From Promethearchaeota archaeon (GTDB lineage: Archaea > Asgardarchaeota > Lokiarchaeia > Sigyniarchaeales > SOKP01), in contig JAHPZI010000030.1 of NCBI GenBank assembly GCA_019058295.1, positions 1 to 64,000 on the forward strand: DNA of 64,000 bases. The letters are read 5' to 3'. Below the pieces are notes generated by a model. It saw only the letters and a program-made list of their open reading frames with translations. It ran no database searches and had not been told where the DNA came from. The position numbers and the translations under genes are program-made. This document shows, one piece after another, positions 43,017-53,597 of this stretch (its first letter is position 1; every line of letters begins with the position of its first letter).

Positions 43017-43130
43017 AATTCTTTTCTGAACCCTAAAAAATAAATTTTTGGTTTGTTATATTTTAAATAATAATCTAATTAGAGACTTAGTTTTACTTTC
43101 CAAAAATCAATTAAGTCAATTCATTTAATT

Positions 43131-43730
43131 ATGCATAATTTAAACCTATTAGATCAAATATATTTTTTTAATATTGGAAAATATCAGGCAAATGACACTT
43201 ATTTTGAGTGGACTAATGCATCTCATAATAAATCCAGCATACTTGATGTGAGAATGACTAGAAATCCTCCAGTTAATAATATTTTTTATTGTATTCTAAA
43301 ATTAGATTTAAAAATTGTCTATTACTTAAAAGATAAGGTTGTGTTCTCAATAGGGTCAAATCCAGAAGTTCAATCTCAGTTATTAGAGGCGATCTTAGAA
43401 TATTTAATAGAAAAATTTTTCTTTATGTTTGATGAATCTTTACTCGAAACTTGTTATGGAGATGTTAGCAGTATTTTTAATAGTTTTACCTCTGCAGTAG
43501 AAAGCACCTTTAAAGATTACAATAATCTCAATATAATTAGAACACAATTAGTAAACTGTAAAGCTTGTAATAAAACTATCCCTGTAATAATAAAAAAGTC
43601 ATTAATTGAAAATTCTAAAAAATCTACGATACCATTAGTTTATACCCATTCAGGTCATGCAATATTAATTTATTTCGATAAGCAATGTAAAATCAGGGGT
43701 AGTGAACCGGTAGACGTCTCATTAGGTTAA
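43131..43730 (+). CDS. Hypothetical protein with C-terminal CxxC...HxxH putative Zn-binding module
   Basis: CKAC...YTHSGHAILIYFD...IRG. Confidence 0.6.
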   Translation: MHNLNLLDQIYFFNIGKYQANDTYFEWTNASHNKSSILDVRMTRNPPVNNIFYCILKLDLKIVYYLKDKVVFSIGSNPEVQSQLLEAILEYLIEKFFFMFDESLLETCYGDVSSIFNSFTSAVESTFKDYNNLNIIRTQLVNCKACNKTIPVIIKKSLIENSKKSTIPLVYTHSGHAILIYFDKQCKIRGSEPVDVSLG

Positions 43731-43892
43731 AAAATTTGTTTAATTTAGAGAAAAATAAAAGAAATTCTATTTTTAAAATATCTTTGAATTTTTTAGTTAT
43801 TAGCACAAATTAATTTCAATTCGTTTAAATTTATATATTTAAATTTTATATATAATTAAAACAGATTTATTCAATTCAAGTAATTATTATTT

Positions 43893-44753
43893 ATGACAAT
43901 TTACAACATATCAATAATAACAAGCTCCGGTTTTCCTTACTATCAAAAGGATATCAGAGATTTACCCGAAGGAATTATGTTATATCAGAGATTTTTTGAT
44001 TTCACTGAAGTTAAAAATACTCCTTACAATCCAAACGGTGCTGTTTTTGAGTTAAATGCTGGGCTTGTCTCTGCGTTATTTGGATTTGCTAAAAATTTAA
44101 ATAAAGAAATCAGAACCCTTGAGTTTAAATCCGTAAAAAGAGAAAATGATGAGGAATTATTAGAAGGGAAAAAAAAATATAAAGGAAATGTTTTAATTAC
44201 TGCTCAAACTGAAACTTACTTGCTACATAAATCTGTTAGAGCAAAAATCGACCTTATATATGACTCAATTATCTCTCATAAAATTCCCCTCCAATCTGCT
44301 GAAACAATCAATGAAAATGAAGAGAAAAAAATTACTGATATTTTAACTGATGCTAGCGCAAGAAATCGTGTTAATAATCATCAAAAAGAAATACAAAACC
44401 TATCAAAAAAGTTTTTAACAGAAACTGGAAAATATGGATTATTTAATATTATAATTACCTCGTTTGATCTAAGTCCTATTGCTGTTTTTGGGGATAAATA
44501 CACTTTCAAAGAAATAGAAATAATTTTAAGAAACATGGGGGATATACCAAATATAAGACCCATGGAATGGGAGCATCGCCAGAGCTTCTATAAGGATAAT
44601 CAACTATGGGTCTATCTTATTAATTCAGCTATAGGAGTTACGGTCGATGGATTGTTCGAACCCTATTTTTACCTTCTATTTACTGATTTTGAATCTTATC
44701 TAGGGGAGTTCCCTGCAAAACTCACAAATAACTTTAATTATATACTTGGTTAA
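43893..44753 (+). CDS. Longin-like domain protein
   Basis: IYNISIITSSGFPYY and LNAGLVSALFGFAKNL..IRTLEF match the longin beta-beta-alpha pattern. Confidence 0.55.
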   Translation: MTIYNISIITSSGFPYYQKDIRDLPEGIMLYQRFFDFTEVKNTPYNPNGAVFELNAGLVSALFGFAKNLNKEIRTLEFKSVKRENDEELLEGKKKYKGNVLITAQTETYLLHKSVRAKIDLIYDSIISHKIPLQSAETINENEEKKITDILTDASARNRVNNHQKEIQNLSKKFLTETGKYGLFNIIITSFDLSPIAVFGDKYTFKEIEIILRNMGDIPNIRPMEWEHRQSFYKDNQLWVYLINSAIGVTVDGLFEPYFYLLFTDFESYLGEFPAKLTNNFNYILG

Positions 44754-44768
44754 AAAATTGTCAATTTG

Positions 44769-45539
44769 TTATAATCTAGTTTTATCAGCAGCTTTTATTA
44801 TATCGAATAATGAATCTACTTGGAGCGAAGCTCCGCCTACTAATCCTCCATCAATATCTCCTTGTTTAAATAGTTCTTCGGCGTTATTAGGCTTAATTGA
44901 TCCTCCATATTGAATTCTAACATAATCAGATGTTTCTTTATCGTATTTTTGAGTTAAAAGTTCACGAATAAAAGCGTGAATTTCTTCAGCTTGCTCAGGA
45001 GTCGCAGTTTTTCCTGTACCTATTGCCCAAATTGGCTCGTAAGCTATTACTGTTCTTATCATTTCTTCTTTTGTAATATCTTTAAATGTTCTATCCATCT
45101 GATTTTGGATTATTTCTTTCGTTTTTCCACTTTCTCTTTCTTCTAATTGCTCTCCTATGCACACTATCGGACTTAAAACCATTGATAATGCTTTTTTAAG
45201 CTTTTTATTAATAAGAGCGTCTGTTTCTTTGAAAATATTTCTTCTTTCGCTGTGTCCGAGGATTACATATTCACATCCTATAGCTTTCAAAAAATTTGGA
45301 GAAATCTCTCCTGTAAAAGCGCCTTTCTCTTCAAAATACATATTTTGAGCTCCTAATTTAATATTCGTACTTTCTAAAATCTCTTTTACAGCATATAGGG
45401 CAGTAAAAGGTGGAGAGATTACAATGTCAACGGATTGGATATCTTTAACGAGTGGTATCAATTGTTTTAACATTTCTGACGCTTCAGCTGGAGATCCCCT
45501 ATTCATTTTCCAATTGCCACCTATAATCGGCTTTCTCAA
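44769..45539 (-). CDS. tpiA: Triosephosphate isomerase, bacterial/eukaryotic type
   Basis: GNWKMN, GAFTGEIS, GHSERR, AYEPIWAIGTG, YGGS, LVGGASL. Confidence 0.97.
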   Translation of the reverse strand: MRKPIIGGNWKMNRGSPAEASEMLKQLIPLVKDIQSVDIVISPPFTALYAVKEILESTNIKLGAQNMYFEEKGAFTGEISPNFLKAIGCEYVILGHSERRNIFKETDALINKKLKKALSMVLSPIVCIGEQLEERESGKTKEIIQNQMDRTFKDITKEEMIRTVIAYEPIWAIGTGKTATPEQAEEIHAFIRELLTQKYDKETSDYVRIQYGGSIKPNNAEELFKQGDIDGGLVGGASLQVDSLFDIIKAADKTRL

Positions 45540-45672
45540 GAATAATTACCTCAAATAAGAAAATTTTACTTAAAAATTGAAATAATTTGTTATATTCAAT
45601 TAAGTTTTAAACTCTATAAAATTCTAATGAAAATTTATTTATAAATAGTCTTTAAGAAAAAGCGAAAAAAAT

Positions 45673-46173
45673 TTATGATTTCGGAAGCTTCTCTGCTAAT
45701 TTTGTTGCTGTTAATAACTTTTTTACTTCATCCATATCAGGAGGCATAACTGCGGGTAATCCTAATTGTTCACGTCTTCTTTCGATCGCAGGTTGGCTTG
45801 GTATGGCTTTACCATGCTCTAATACGGTTGAAGCTTGGCCTGTGTAATGCTCAGGAGCCTCGCCTCTCTCTACACTTATATTTTTTAAAATCGTGAATAT
45901 TTCTGTAAGCTCAACTTTTTGGGGACAAACTTCGTCGCACGTATCACAAATTGTACAACCCCAAATATTAAAAGCGTTTTCCTTTCCAAATATTTTTTCT
46001 TTTAATCCCAACAGGGCATCTAAAATTAGTCTTCTTGGATTATATCGCCCTTCTGTAACTAAAGCCACAGGACAGGCGCCGCTACAAGTTGCGCATTGAT
46101 AGCAATAAGCAAGTGTACTGCCAATATCATTGCCAAGAATTTGGTTTCGAAATTCAAAATCTAAAGTAGCCAT
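45673..46173 (-). CDS. hdrC: Heterodisulfide reductase subunit C-like 2x[4Fe-4S] protein
   Basis: CYQCATCSGACP and CTICDTCDEVCPQ. Confidence 0.85.
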   Translation of the reverse strand: MATLDFEFRNQILGNDIGSTLAYCYQCATCSGACPVALVTEGRYNPRRLILDALLGLKEKIFGKENAFNIWGCTICDTCDEVCPQKVELTEIFTILKNISVERGEAPEHYTGQASTVLEHGKAIPSQPAIERRREQLGLPAVMPPDMDEVKKLLTATKLAEKLPKS

Positions 46174-46342
46174 TTTAATAATATTAATAATTTTTATTAA
46201 TTAATGTAATGAATTATTTTTGAATTTTAAAATTATTTCTTTTCAATTTTTAATATCCTTATTTTAAATAAATAAAAAGAATAAAAGTGAAAAAACACTT
46301 AATTGAATTATAAATCGTTTAACAATTTTAAGTGAATATTAA

Positions 46343-46687
46343 GTGAATATTGAAGAACTGAAATCAGTAGGAATTGATGGACCTAAAGATGGTATACTTT
46401 TAATTGATGTTTATACGACTTGGTGTGGGCCCTGTAAATTCGTCGCACCTATATTACATAAACTTCGGGATGAAGGGCTTATACAACTCATCCAAGTGGA
46501 TCTTGATCAAAATCGTCCCTTAGGTGAAATGTTTGGAATTACTGCAATCCCTACGCTACTCTTTTTTAAAGATGGAAAATTATTAGAAGGAACAATAGAA
46601 GTCCAAGGACAGCCGCTTGTGAACAATGGAATAATGATTGGAGCTGCTGGAGAGCCAATTCTCCGTGAGATTATTAATAAAATGTAA
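46343..46687 (+). CDS. trxA: Thioredoxin
   Basis: WCGPCK, IPTLLFFKDG. Confidence 0.9.
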   Translation: MNIEELKSVGIDGPKDGILLIDVYTTWCGPCKFVAPILHKLRDEGLIQLIQVDLDQNRPLGEMFGITAIPTLLFFKDGKLLEGTIEVQGQPLVNNGIMIGAAGEPILREIINKM

Positions 46688-46879
46688 ATTAGAAGATTTC
46701 TTATTTTAAATCTATTTTTTCTATTTTGAACTTTAATGAAATATTAAATTGTATGAAGGTTTATTAGAAAAAATCTTTTTAGATTAGATATTTTTAATAT
46801 TTTTAATTAGATTAAAAGCTTTAAAACTGATCGTTATTTTACATTTATAATTTAATATAATTAACAATAATAATCGATT

Positions 46880-47389
46880 ATGAGCTATACAAGAAGCGAT
46901 CTTTTCTTAGCAGAAGCAGCAATGAACCAAATGCGTAATAGCATCTATTTTCTTGCCCGTCTTATGGAAAAAAAGGGCAATATTGATATCATTGGAAGAT
47001 TAAGAAGTATGGGGCGCAATATTGCAAGGACATTTATTAAGTATTGGAAGCCTATAGAAATAGTAAATGATTCAAATATAAAAGATGTTTTACAAACAAT
47101 TTATCAAAAAATAGTAGATAGCTCTATTTCAATTGAAGTCAACAGTGAAGAGAAGATAATTATAATTAAAGATTATAAGTGTTCACTCTGTAAATATAAT
47201 TACAAGGATATTAATATTGCAGGGTGCGAAATATTATTAGGATTAGTATCTGAACTTATTTTCCTTATAAATAATGACTTAAAAGATCCTTCGGTTATCT
47301 TCTTGGAACCATATAAAGTTGAAGAATCAAGGGCTCGTGGAGATAATTTATGCTTACAAATCTTTAAATATAAAATAGGAGGTTCTTGA
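46880..47389 (+). CDS. Bet3/TRAPP-like (V4R fold) protein
   Basis: RLRSMGRNIA resembles Bet3 L..MG..IG; CSLC, GCEILLG, C-terminal Cys. Confidence 0.55.
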   Translation: MSYTRSDLFLAEAAMNQMRNSIYFLARLMEKKGNIDIIGRLRSMGRNIARTFIKYWKPIEIVNDSNIKDVLQTIYQKIVDSSISIEVNSEEKIIIIKDYKCSLCKYNYKDINIAGCEILLGLVSELIFLINNDLKDPSVIFLEPYKVEESRARGDNLCLQIFKYKIGGS

Positions 47390-47393
47390 ACTC

Positions 47394-48845
47394 ATGGGGG
47401 CATTCCAATGGTTGATGAAGAAGATACTGAAAGCTTTTGGTCGAAATACTAATAGTTTATTTTATCAATTACTTTATCGTGAAATCCTCAAAGAAATTAA
47501 CGAGATTATAAAGGATGAAGAAGAAAGTATTACTATTTTAAGAGAAATTTGTAAAAGAGCTGCTTTTGAATCTTGCGAACGACATTCTAGCATTTTCAAG
47601 TTTATGCCGGGGAACCCGAAAAAAGTATTAACGTACTTCGAAATTTTATTCTCAATAGTCCTCGGAATGAATATGGGTGAATATGATTTCGAGGAAATCC
47701 CAAAAGAAGGTGCAAAATATAACGATTACGTTTTAAACGTTACAGTTAATCCGATTTGTGCAGGATATGGAGATGATACAGAAGATACCTTTGATTTCAG
47801 CAAATTAAGTAAAGAGGTTGAGGGTTGTTCGGCAGGTTTGTGTGGTATGCTTGAGACTGTGGCAAACTTTATACTAAAAGTAAAAAAGAACGATTTTCGC
47901 ATAGGAATCACAGAAACGAAGTGCCTTATGAAAGGTGATGAATACTTACAAATTTATTGTAAAGTATATGATTTTAGAGAATGGAAAGAATTTCTGGATT
48001 CTAAACCAGAAATTAAATATTTCGAAGAAATCTTAGAGGAAGAAATTCAAGAAGAGGCCAAATTAGATCTTATTGATAAATTACAAGAAATTTTTTCGTT
48101 AGATAAATTGGATGATTTATTGGATGAACCTCTTGAAAGTATTAAAGAGAAAGTTGCTGAACTTATTAGAGATAAATTAAACATGGAACCTGATCATTTC
48201 TTTGACTATTTCAGAAATTACGAGGATGACATGATTAGGATTATTGGATATTTAGCTGTTCATCTGATGAATGAGTATGGAGGTTTTGTGGAAAAATCGT
48301 TAAGTAGCGATTTCACAGCTAAAATAATAGGTTATTTTTTTAAACATCTTAAAGAGATGACATTACTATTTATACCATTAGATGTCATTCGTGATTATAA
48401 TGAATTATTTGTAAATTTTTTGGGAGGGCTAGCTCCTGTCGAAATGGTCGATAATGTCAGACAGATTACAGGAAAAGATACTATAAACTATATTTTTGAA
48501 GGTTCTGAAATGGCATTAGAAAATTTAGGTATTGAATTTTCAGAGTTAAAGGAAAATGTATGGGAAGAACTGAAAAAAGAAAGGGAAGATGGATTAATTT
48601 CGGCAGAACAAACAACGATGGAAAAAACCAGAGAAAACTTCCCGAAGATAATTAACATCATTCAAGAACTCCTAATGATATTCAACGAAATTTTGACTCT
48701 GCCTATAAGAGTATTAATCTCTGAGAGCCATTATGGATTAAAAACAGCGATAAATTCAGTCGCTTCTGAAGAAGAGGGACTTTATGGCTCCTTAAGAGAA
48801 AGATTCGATAATATTTTTGATCAAATCCAAGAAATAAGGAAATAA
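47394..48845 (+). CDS. V4R/Bet3-like N-terminal domain plus helical C-terminal domain
   Basis: NPIC...CSAGLCGMLE...ETKC..KGDEY V4R-like pattern. Confidence 0.5.
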   Translation: MGAFQWLMKKILKAFGRNTNSLFYQLLYREILKEINEIIKDEEESITILREICKRAAFESCERHSSIFKFMPGNPKKVLTYFEILFSIVLGMNMGEYDFEEIPKEGAKYNDYVLNVTVNPICAGYGDDTEDTFDFSKLSKEVEGCSAGLCGMLETVANFILKVKKNDFRIGITETKCLMKGDEYLQIYCKVYDFREWKEFLDSKPEIKYFEEILEEEIQEEAKLDLIDKLQEIFSLDKLDDLLDEPLESIKEKVAELIRDKLNMEPDHFFDYFRNYEDDMIRIIGYLAVHLMNEYGGFVEKSLSSDFTAKIIGYFFKHLKEMTLLFIPLDVIRDYNELFVNFLGGLAPVEMVDNVRQITGKDTINYIFEGSEMALENLGIEFSELKENVWEELKKEREDGLISAEQTTMEKTRENFPKIINIIQELLMIFNEILTLPIRVLISESHYGLKTAINSVASEEEGLYGSLRERFDNIFDQIQEIRK

Positions 48846-48861
48846 TATTTAAAAATTCTTA

Positions 48862-49305
48862 TTATTCTACCTTTTTACACATTACATAGTGCTCGATTTC
48901 ATCAAAAAGAAGTGGACCTTCTCCAATAATTACATAATCAAGCTTTGTGAAGAGCTCTTTTGCCGTTTTTCTGGCATTCAACATAATGCTGGAGACTCCG
49001 AGACTTATCGCGAAACCTTCAATGTACCGAATTAATTTAGTTGCAATTCTTTTTTTTCGGTATTCTTTTTCAACTGCTATATATCTTATTTGTCCTTCCT
49101 TTTCGCTATTTTTATGAAAACGAGCAGTGGCTACAATTTTATTATTTAAAATTACAATGAATGGATATGAATCATTTTCGAGATCATCCTTTTCTGATCC
49201 TCTTGGTTGATTCCAAGGCTTTCTTAACACTCTCCATCTCAAATCATACATAAATGAATAATCTTCTTTAGAGAGTGGTCGTTGAATTATTAGAGGTTCT
49301 TTCAT
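48862..49305 (-). CDS. GNAT N-acetyltransferase
   Basis: LRWRVLRKP, QIRYIAVEKEYRKKRIA, LNAR. Confidence 0.9.
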   Translation of the reverse strand: MKEPLIIQRPLSKEDYSFMYDLRWRVLRKPWNQPRGSEKDDLENDSYPFIVILNNKIVATARFHKNSEKEGQIRYIAVEKEYRKKRIATKLIRYIEGFAISLGVSSIMLNARKTAKELFTKLDYVIIGEGPLLFDEIEHYVMCKKVE

Positions 49306-49323
49306 TTAAAAAGTCCCATAATT

Positions 49324-50841
49324 TTATTTTAAAGATCTTTTTGAGGATATGTAGATTTCGTAAAACCAATCTATTATGTATTGAAAGAAAAATCGTTCTC
49401 GAAGGACATCATAGTGTGATTTATTTTTTAAACTGGTCAATTTTGCAATATCTTCTGACTTAATCTTACACTCGGCAATTAAATTCATTCTCGCCTTAAA
49501 TTGGTCAATCATTGATATGGGCCTCAAAATAACTTCAATTGCATTAGAGATCTTGTTTATTAATTCGCGAAATTCTTTATTATAATCATATTTAGATTTT
49601 CGAGATTCGCTTAGAAAACTATTTATCTTCTTTAAAATTGGCTCTTTTTTGTAATAATTAATTAATTCTTTTTGATCTATTACTTCTGAGAGATAATCTA
49701 TAACTTTTTTGATAATCGAGGATTCAATTTGTAACTTTTTCATTTCTTTTTCTAATCGAACTAAAAATTGTTGCTTTAAAAACTGCTTATATTTAACTAT
49801 AATCGCTTCGTTTTCTTTTATGTCTGAACAAATTTCGACAACCTCTCCCTTAGGGGTTGAATAAGTGAAACCATGCCCTTGAGGTCCAAGGCCCCCAAGT
49901 AGGACCATTCCTAGAATATAAAATTTGTAATTATCCTTAGCAATTATATTATTCAGATTTATCCTTATATTCTTTGGAGATATTAAATGCTTTTTAATTT
50001 CAGTCTCTTCTCGTAACTCTTCAAAATCATAAAAATATGTATTGTAACTATTTTTATAATTAAATTCAATAAAATTTTCATTTTCAGTTAGTAAATCGCC
50101 TTGATTTTTGTCTGATTGATTTTTATGCTCTATAATAATCTTATTAAATTCTCTAATGAATTTCTTTATTGAACCTAAATTTTTAACACTAAGACCGTAT
50201 ATTGAGTATTGATTAAAAAAAAAATTTTTAATGTAAAATATTAATTGCTCTATATTCAAATTATATAATAGAAATCGATCGTTTACTAAAAAATTGTAGA
50301 GATCTTGAGGCATAACTTTAAAAACATATAAAATCAAAGAATTGGATACATTTCCAAACAAATCGTTTAAATTTGAGAGCAGCAATTTATCTTTTTTGAG
50401 GTCTTCTATGGTTTTTAAATCATCATTATCAAAATCTTTATCAAGCAAATTATATTCGTTGAAAAATCTTAAAAGCTCAATTATTTTACCAAGTGAAGAA
50501 GTTTTATATTCTGTAGCTACTTCTTCTGTACAATTCAATAATAATTCTGAAATAATTTCAAAGCGATCAGGAATTTTTCTCACATCAATAAAAATATCAA
50601 AATAGGATGATAAATTAAAAAACTCCCTATAGGTTTCAAATTTTTTATGTTTAAGATTTTTTGAAAGACACTTGTAAAAGTTCTCTTCCATTTTTTCTTT
50701 ATAAATTTTATTTGAGGATGAGTTGATTAAATTTGAGAAGTTTTCTATTTCATTTTGCTCGATAAAGCTTTTAATTTTAAATACTTCTCCCGATTTTAAA
50801 AAATTAATTAGTGAATCAAAAAACTCTTCTAAAGGTAACAT
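49324..50841 (-). CDS. Hypothetical protein
   Basis: 505-aa ORF; conserved-looking core LLGGLGPQGHGFTYSTPKGEVVEICSD. Confidence 0.7.
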   Translation of the reverse strand: MLPLEEFFDSLINFLKSGEVFKIKSFIEQNEIENFSNLINSSSNKIYKEKMEENFYKCLSKNLKHKKFETYREFFNLSSYFDIFIDVRKIPDRFEIISELLLNCTEEVATEYKTSSLGKIIELLRFFNEYNLLDKDFDNDDLKTIEDLKKDKLLLSNLNDLFGNVSNSLILYVFKVMPQDLYNFLVNDRFLLYNLNIEQLIFYIKNFFFNQYSIYGLSVKNLGSIKKFIREFNKIIIEHKNQSDKNQGDLLTENENFIEFNYKNSYNTYFYDFEELREETEIKKHLISPKNIRINLNNIIAKDNYKFYILGMVLLGGLGPQGHGFTYSTPKGEVVEICSDIKENEAIIVKYKQFLKQQFLVRLEKEMKKLQIESSIIKKVIDYLSEVIDQKELINYYKKEPILKKINSFLSESRKSKYDYNKEFRELINKISNAIEVILRPISMIDQFKARMNLIAECKIKSEDIAKLTSLKNKSHYDVLRERFFFQYIIDWFYEIYISSKRSLK

Positions 50842-50914
50842 TTAACAGATGAATTATAATAAAACTTGCTATTAAACTTATTGATATATATACAAAGAAA
50901 GTTGATTTTTTAGT

Positions 50915-51286
50915 TTAATCTAAAAGGTCAGCAATCTTTTGACTAACTGATTGGATGTTGAGGAAAACCATTCCAAGCGAGGCATCTGCTTTAGTGAGAG
51001 TCGCCAAAATAGCATTATTACCTGCTTTTGATAAGATTATTATTCCATCAACACCTTCTATAAGAATTCTCTTAAGATTTCCTCGAGCAAGCTCTTCAAC
51101 TGCTCTCTCAGATACAGATAAGATAGCTGCAGACATGGCGGACACAATACCATCATTTACATCCCTCGCAAGAACTGAACAAATAGGAAGTCCTTGCACA
51201 CTCACAATTGCAGATCCTTGTATGTCAGCGTTGACCGCTTCCATTTTTCGCAATAATTCTATAAGATCGCTGATGTTTTCACTCAA
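50915..51286 (-). CDS. Roadblock/LC7 domain protein
   Basis: IQGSAIVSVQGLPICS, VSAMSAAILSVSERAVEEL.RG.L..ILIEG. Confidence 0.92.
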   Translation of the reverse strand: MSENISDLIELLRKMEAVNADIQGSAIVSVQGLPICSVLARDVNDGIVSAMSAAILSVSERAVEELARGNLKRILIEGVDGIIILSKAGNNAILATLTKADASLGMVFLNIQSVSQKIADLLD

Positions 51287-51418
51287 TGATTTATCAACTA
51301 AAAAAAAATGATGTTATTATTATTATATTCTAATTTAATTTTAAATATTTTTTATTATTTTATTCTTTTTCATTTTATTTTAATATTTTTTATTTTTTTT
51401 ATTATTTTATTCTTTTTT

Positions 51419-51472
51419 TCAAAATAATGACTAATCTTTTTATCAAAATAATGACTGATCAAAATAATGACT
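51419..51472 (+). repeat. Three copies of TCAAAATAATGACT spanning the map start codon
   Basis: Copies at 51419, 51443, 51459. Confidence 0.9.
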
Positions 51473-52432
51473 GAGGATAAAAAAACTCTTTCTAAGGAAG
51501 AGTTAGAAAAAGAAAAAGAAGAAAAGGAAAAACAGATTAAAATAGATTCCTTAAGAAAGGCTGGTGGAATCGCAAGCGAAGTAAAAAAGTTTATGAAACC
51601 TCGTTTAAAAGTAGAAGCAAAAGTTTTAGATTTAATTAACACTGCAGAGCAGAAAATCATAGAATTAGGCGGGGAACCGGCATTTCCTGTTAATTTATCA
51701 ATTAATAACGTAGCGGCTCATTATACATCTCCAATAAGAGATGATGGTTTAACAATAAAAGAGGGGGATATAGTTAAATTAGATATGGGAGTCCACATTG
51801 AAGGATATATTGTGGATACGGCATATACAATTAGTTTTAATGACGATGTACTGCTAGAAAATATTATTCAGTCTACTGAGGTGGCGGTTGAAGCTGCTAA
51901 AATGATGGTCAAACCAGATATCAATACCAGAGAAATAGGGAAAAAAATTGAAAGCATAGTCAAAGGTTTTAAATATAATCCAATCCGCCAATTAGGGGGT
52001 CATCAAATTGAGAGATGGATTGTTCACGGAAAAAAGGCTCTTCCCGAATTAGGAAATCAAAGTGGAGATGTTATGGAAGAAGGGGATGTATTTGGAATAG
52101 AAATATTTGCATCTACAGGTGAAGGGTCCGTTCATATGACTAATAATTCTTTTATATATGAATTAAATACATATTCAGGAAGGGTTCCCTTGCGTCGGAA
52201 AATTTCTAAACAAATTCTAGGATTTGTGAATAAAAATTATAAAACATTGCCATTCGCAGAAAGATGGGTGGCAAAAGAATTTAGAATGGGTGTAGCATTT
52301 GGACTTCAAGAACTAGTAAAACAAAATAAATTACAGGCTCATTATGTGCTAGCAGAAAATAAAGGTGAGTACGTTGCTCAAACTGAGGAAACAATTATCG
52401 TAACTGAGGATGGATTTGAACAGTTAACTTAA
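51467..52432 (+). CDS. map: Methionine aminopeptidase type II
   Basis: AFPVNLSINNVAAHY, KLDMGVHIEGYIVDTA, GGHQI, AQTEET. Confidence 0.95.
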   Translation: MTEDKKTLSKEELEKEKEEKEKQIKIDSLRKAGGIASEVKKFMKPRLKVEAKVLDLINTAEQKIIELGGEPAFPVNLSINNVAAHYTSPIRDDGLTIKEGDIVKLDMGVHIEGYIVDTAYTISFNDDVLLENIIQSTEVAVEAAKMMVKPDINTREIGKKIESIVKGFKYNPIRQLGGHQIERWIVHGKKALPELGNQSGDVMEEGDVFGIEIFASTGEGSVHMTNNSFIYELNTYSGRVPLRRKISKQILGFVNKNYKTLPFAERWVAKEFRMGVAFGLQELVKQNKLQAHYVLAENKGEYVAQTEETIIVTEDGFEQLT

Positions 52433-52476
52433 ATAATTTAAATAATTTATTTTAAAAAATCAATTTTAGTTTTTAT

Positions 52477-53586
52477 ATGAGAAAACTAAACATTTGTCTT
52501 GTTTCTTTGACTATCGCTCCAGATAGTCAAGATGGAAGTGCTAAATTTTTTAGAGGGATTTTTGATTATTTGAAAAAACAAGGTCATAATGTATCTCTTT
52601 TAACTGGAAAATGGAATTATCAGCTTGATAATCCAAACATATTTCAAATAAATTTAATCAAGAAAAGTTATTTCTGGATACCTCAATTTAGTTTAAAGGT
52701 TAAAAAATATCTTAAGAATCATAATTTTGATATTATTCATGGAAATGGACCAAAGGGATCGTTGCCCCTTCTCTTCATCGGTAAGAAAAAATTTATATCG
52801 ACACTTCATGACTTGGGACCATATGAAACCACGTTCTCACGATTTCCAATAGAAAAATATCTATTTAAAGCTGTTGCTAAAAAGGCTGAATATTTGACAA
52901 CTTGTTCAGAATTCATTAAGAGTGAAATTAAACATAATATTCCTCAAGTAGATATTAATAAGATATATAATCTGTATTCTGCTATTGAACCAAAATTCAA
53001 ATGCTGTCTAGAAGAGGCTCAGGAATTAAAGAAAGTATTAAATATTCAAGGACCGATTCTACTCCACATTGGTCGTATAGCGCTATATAAAGGTGTACAC
53101 AATTTAATTTCTGCTTATCAAATAGCGAAAAAAGAAATTCCAGATCTTAATTTAGTTATTGGAGGAAAACCCGATTTTTATATGGAAAAATATTATAAAA
53201 TTTGGAAACAAAAATATAAGGATATTCATTTTTTAGGATTTGTCCCAGAAGATGAGATCCCAATTTATTATTCTATGGGTGATATTTTCGTAAATTATTC
53301 ATATGCTACAGAAGGATTTGGGCTTACCCCTCTCGAAGCGATTGCTTGTGGAACGCCAGTAATCTGTTCATCTATAGAGCCCTACAAAGAAGTATTAAAA
53401 GATAATGCCATATTCGTTCCTCCAAAAAATCCTGAATTACTTGCTGAAGAAATTATTAGATTAGTACAAAATGATACTCTAAGAAGAAAATTGGTTGATA
53501 AAGCTCAAAAATATATCGAAAGGTACACGTGGGATGCTGTAGGCAAAAAACTTGAGAAAGTATACAGTAAATTTCTAAAAAATTAG
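52477..53586 (+). CDS. Glycosyltransferase family 4
   Basis: GRIALYKG, EGFGLTPLEAIACGTPVI. Confidence 0.92.
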   Translation: MRKLNICLVSLTIAPDSQDGSAKFFRGIFDYLKKQGHNVSLLTGKWNYQLDNPNIFQINLIKKSYFWIPQFSLKVKKYLKNHNFDIIHGNGPKGSLPLLFIGKKKFISTLHDLGPYETTFSRFPIEKYLFKAVAKKAEYLTTCSEFIKSEIKHNIPQVDINKIYNLYSAIEPKFKCCLEEAQELKKVLNIQGPILLHIGRIALYKGVHNLISAYQIAKKEIPDLNLVIGGKPDFYMEKYYKIWKQKYKDIHFLGFVPEDEIPIYYSMGDIFVNYSYATEGFGLTPLEAIACGTPVICSSIEPYKEVLKDNAIFVPPKNPELLAEEIIRLVQNDTLRRKLVDKAQKYIERYTWDAVGKKLEKVYSKFLKN

Positions 53587-53597
53587 AAATTAGATAT

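Noticed and set aside
50955-51311. 118-aa plus-strand ORF
   Set aside because: Antisense shadow of the roadblock gene.
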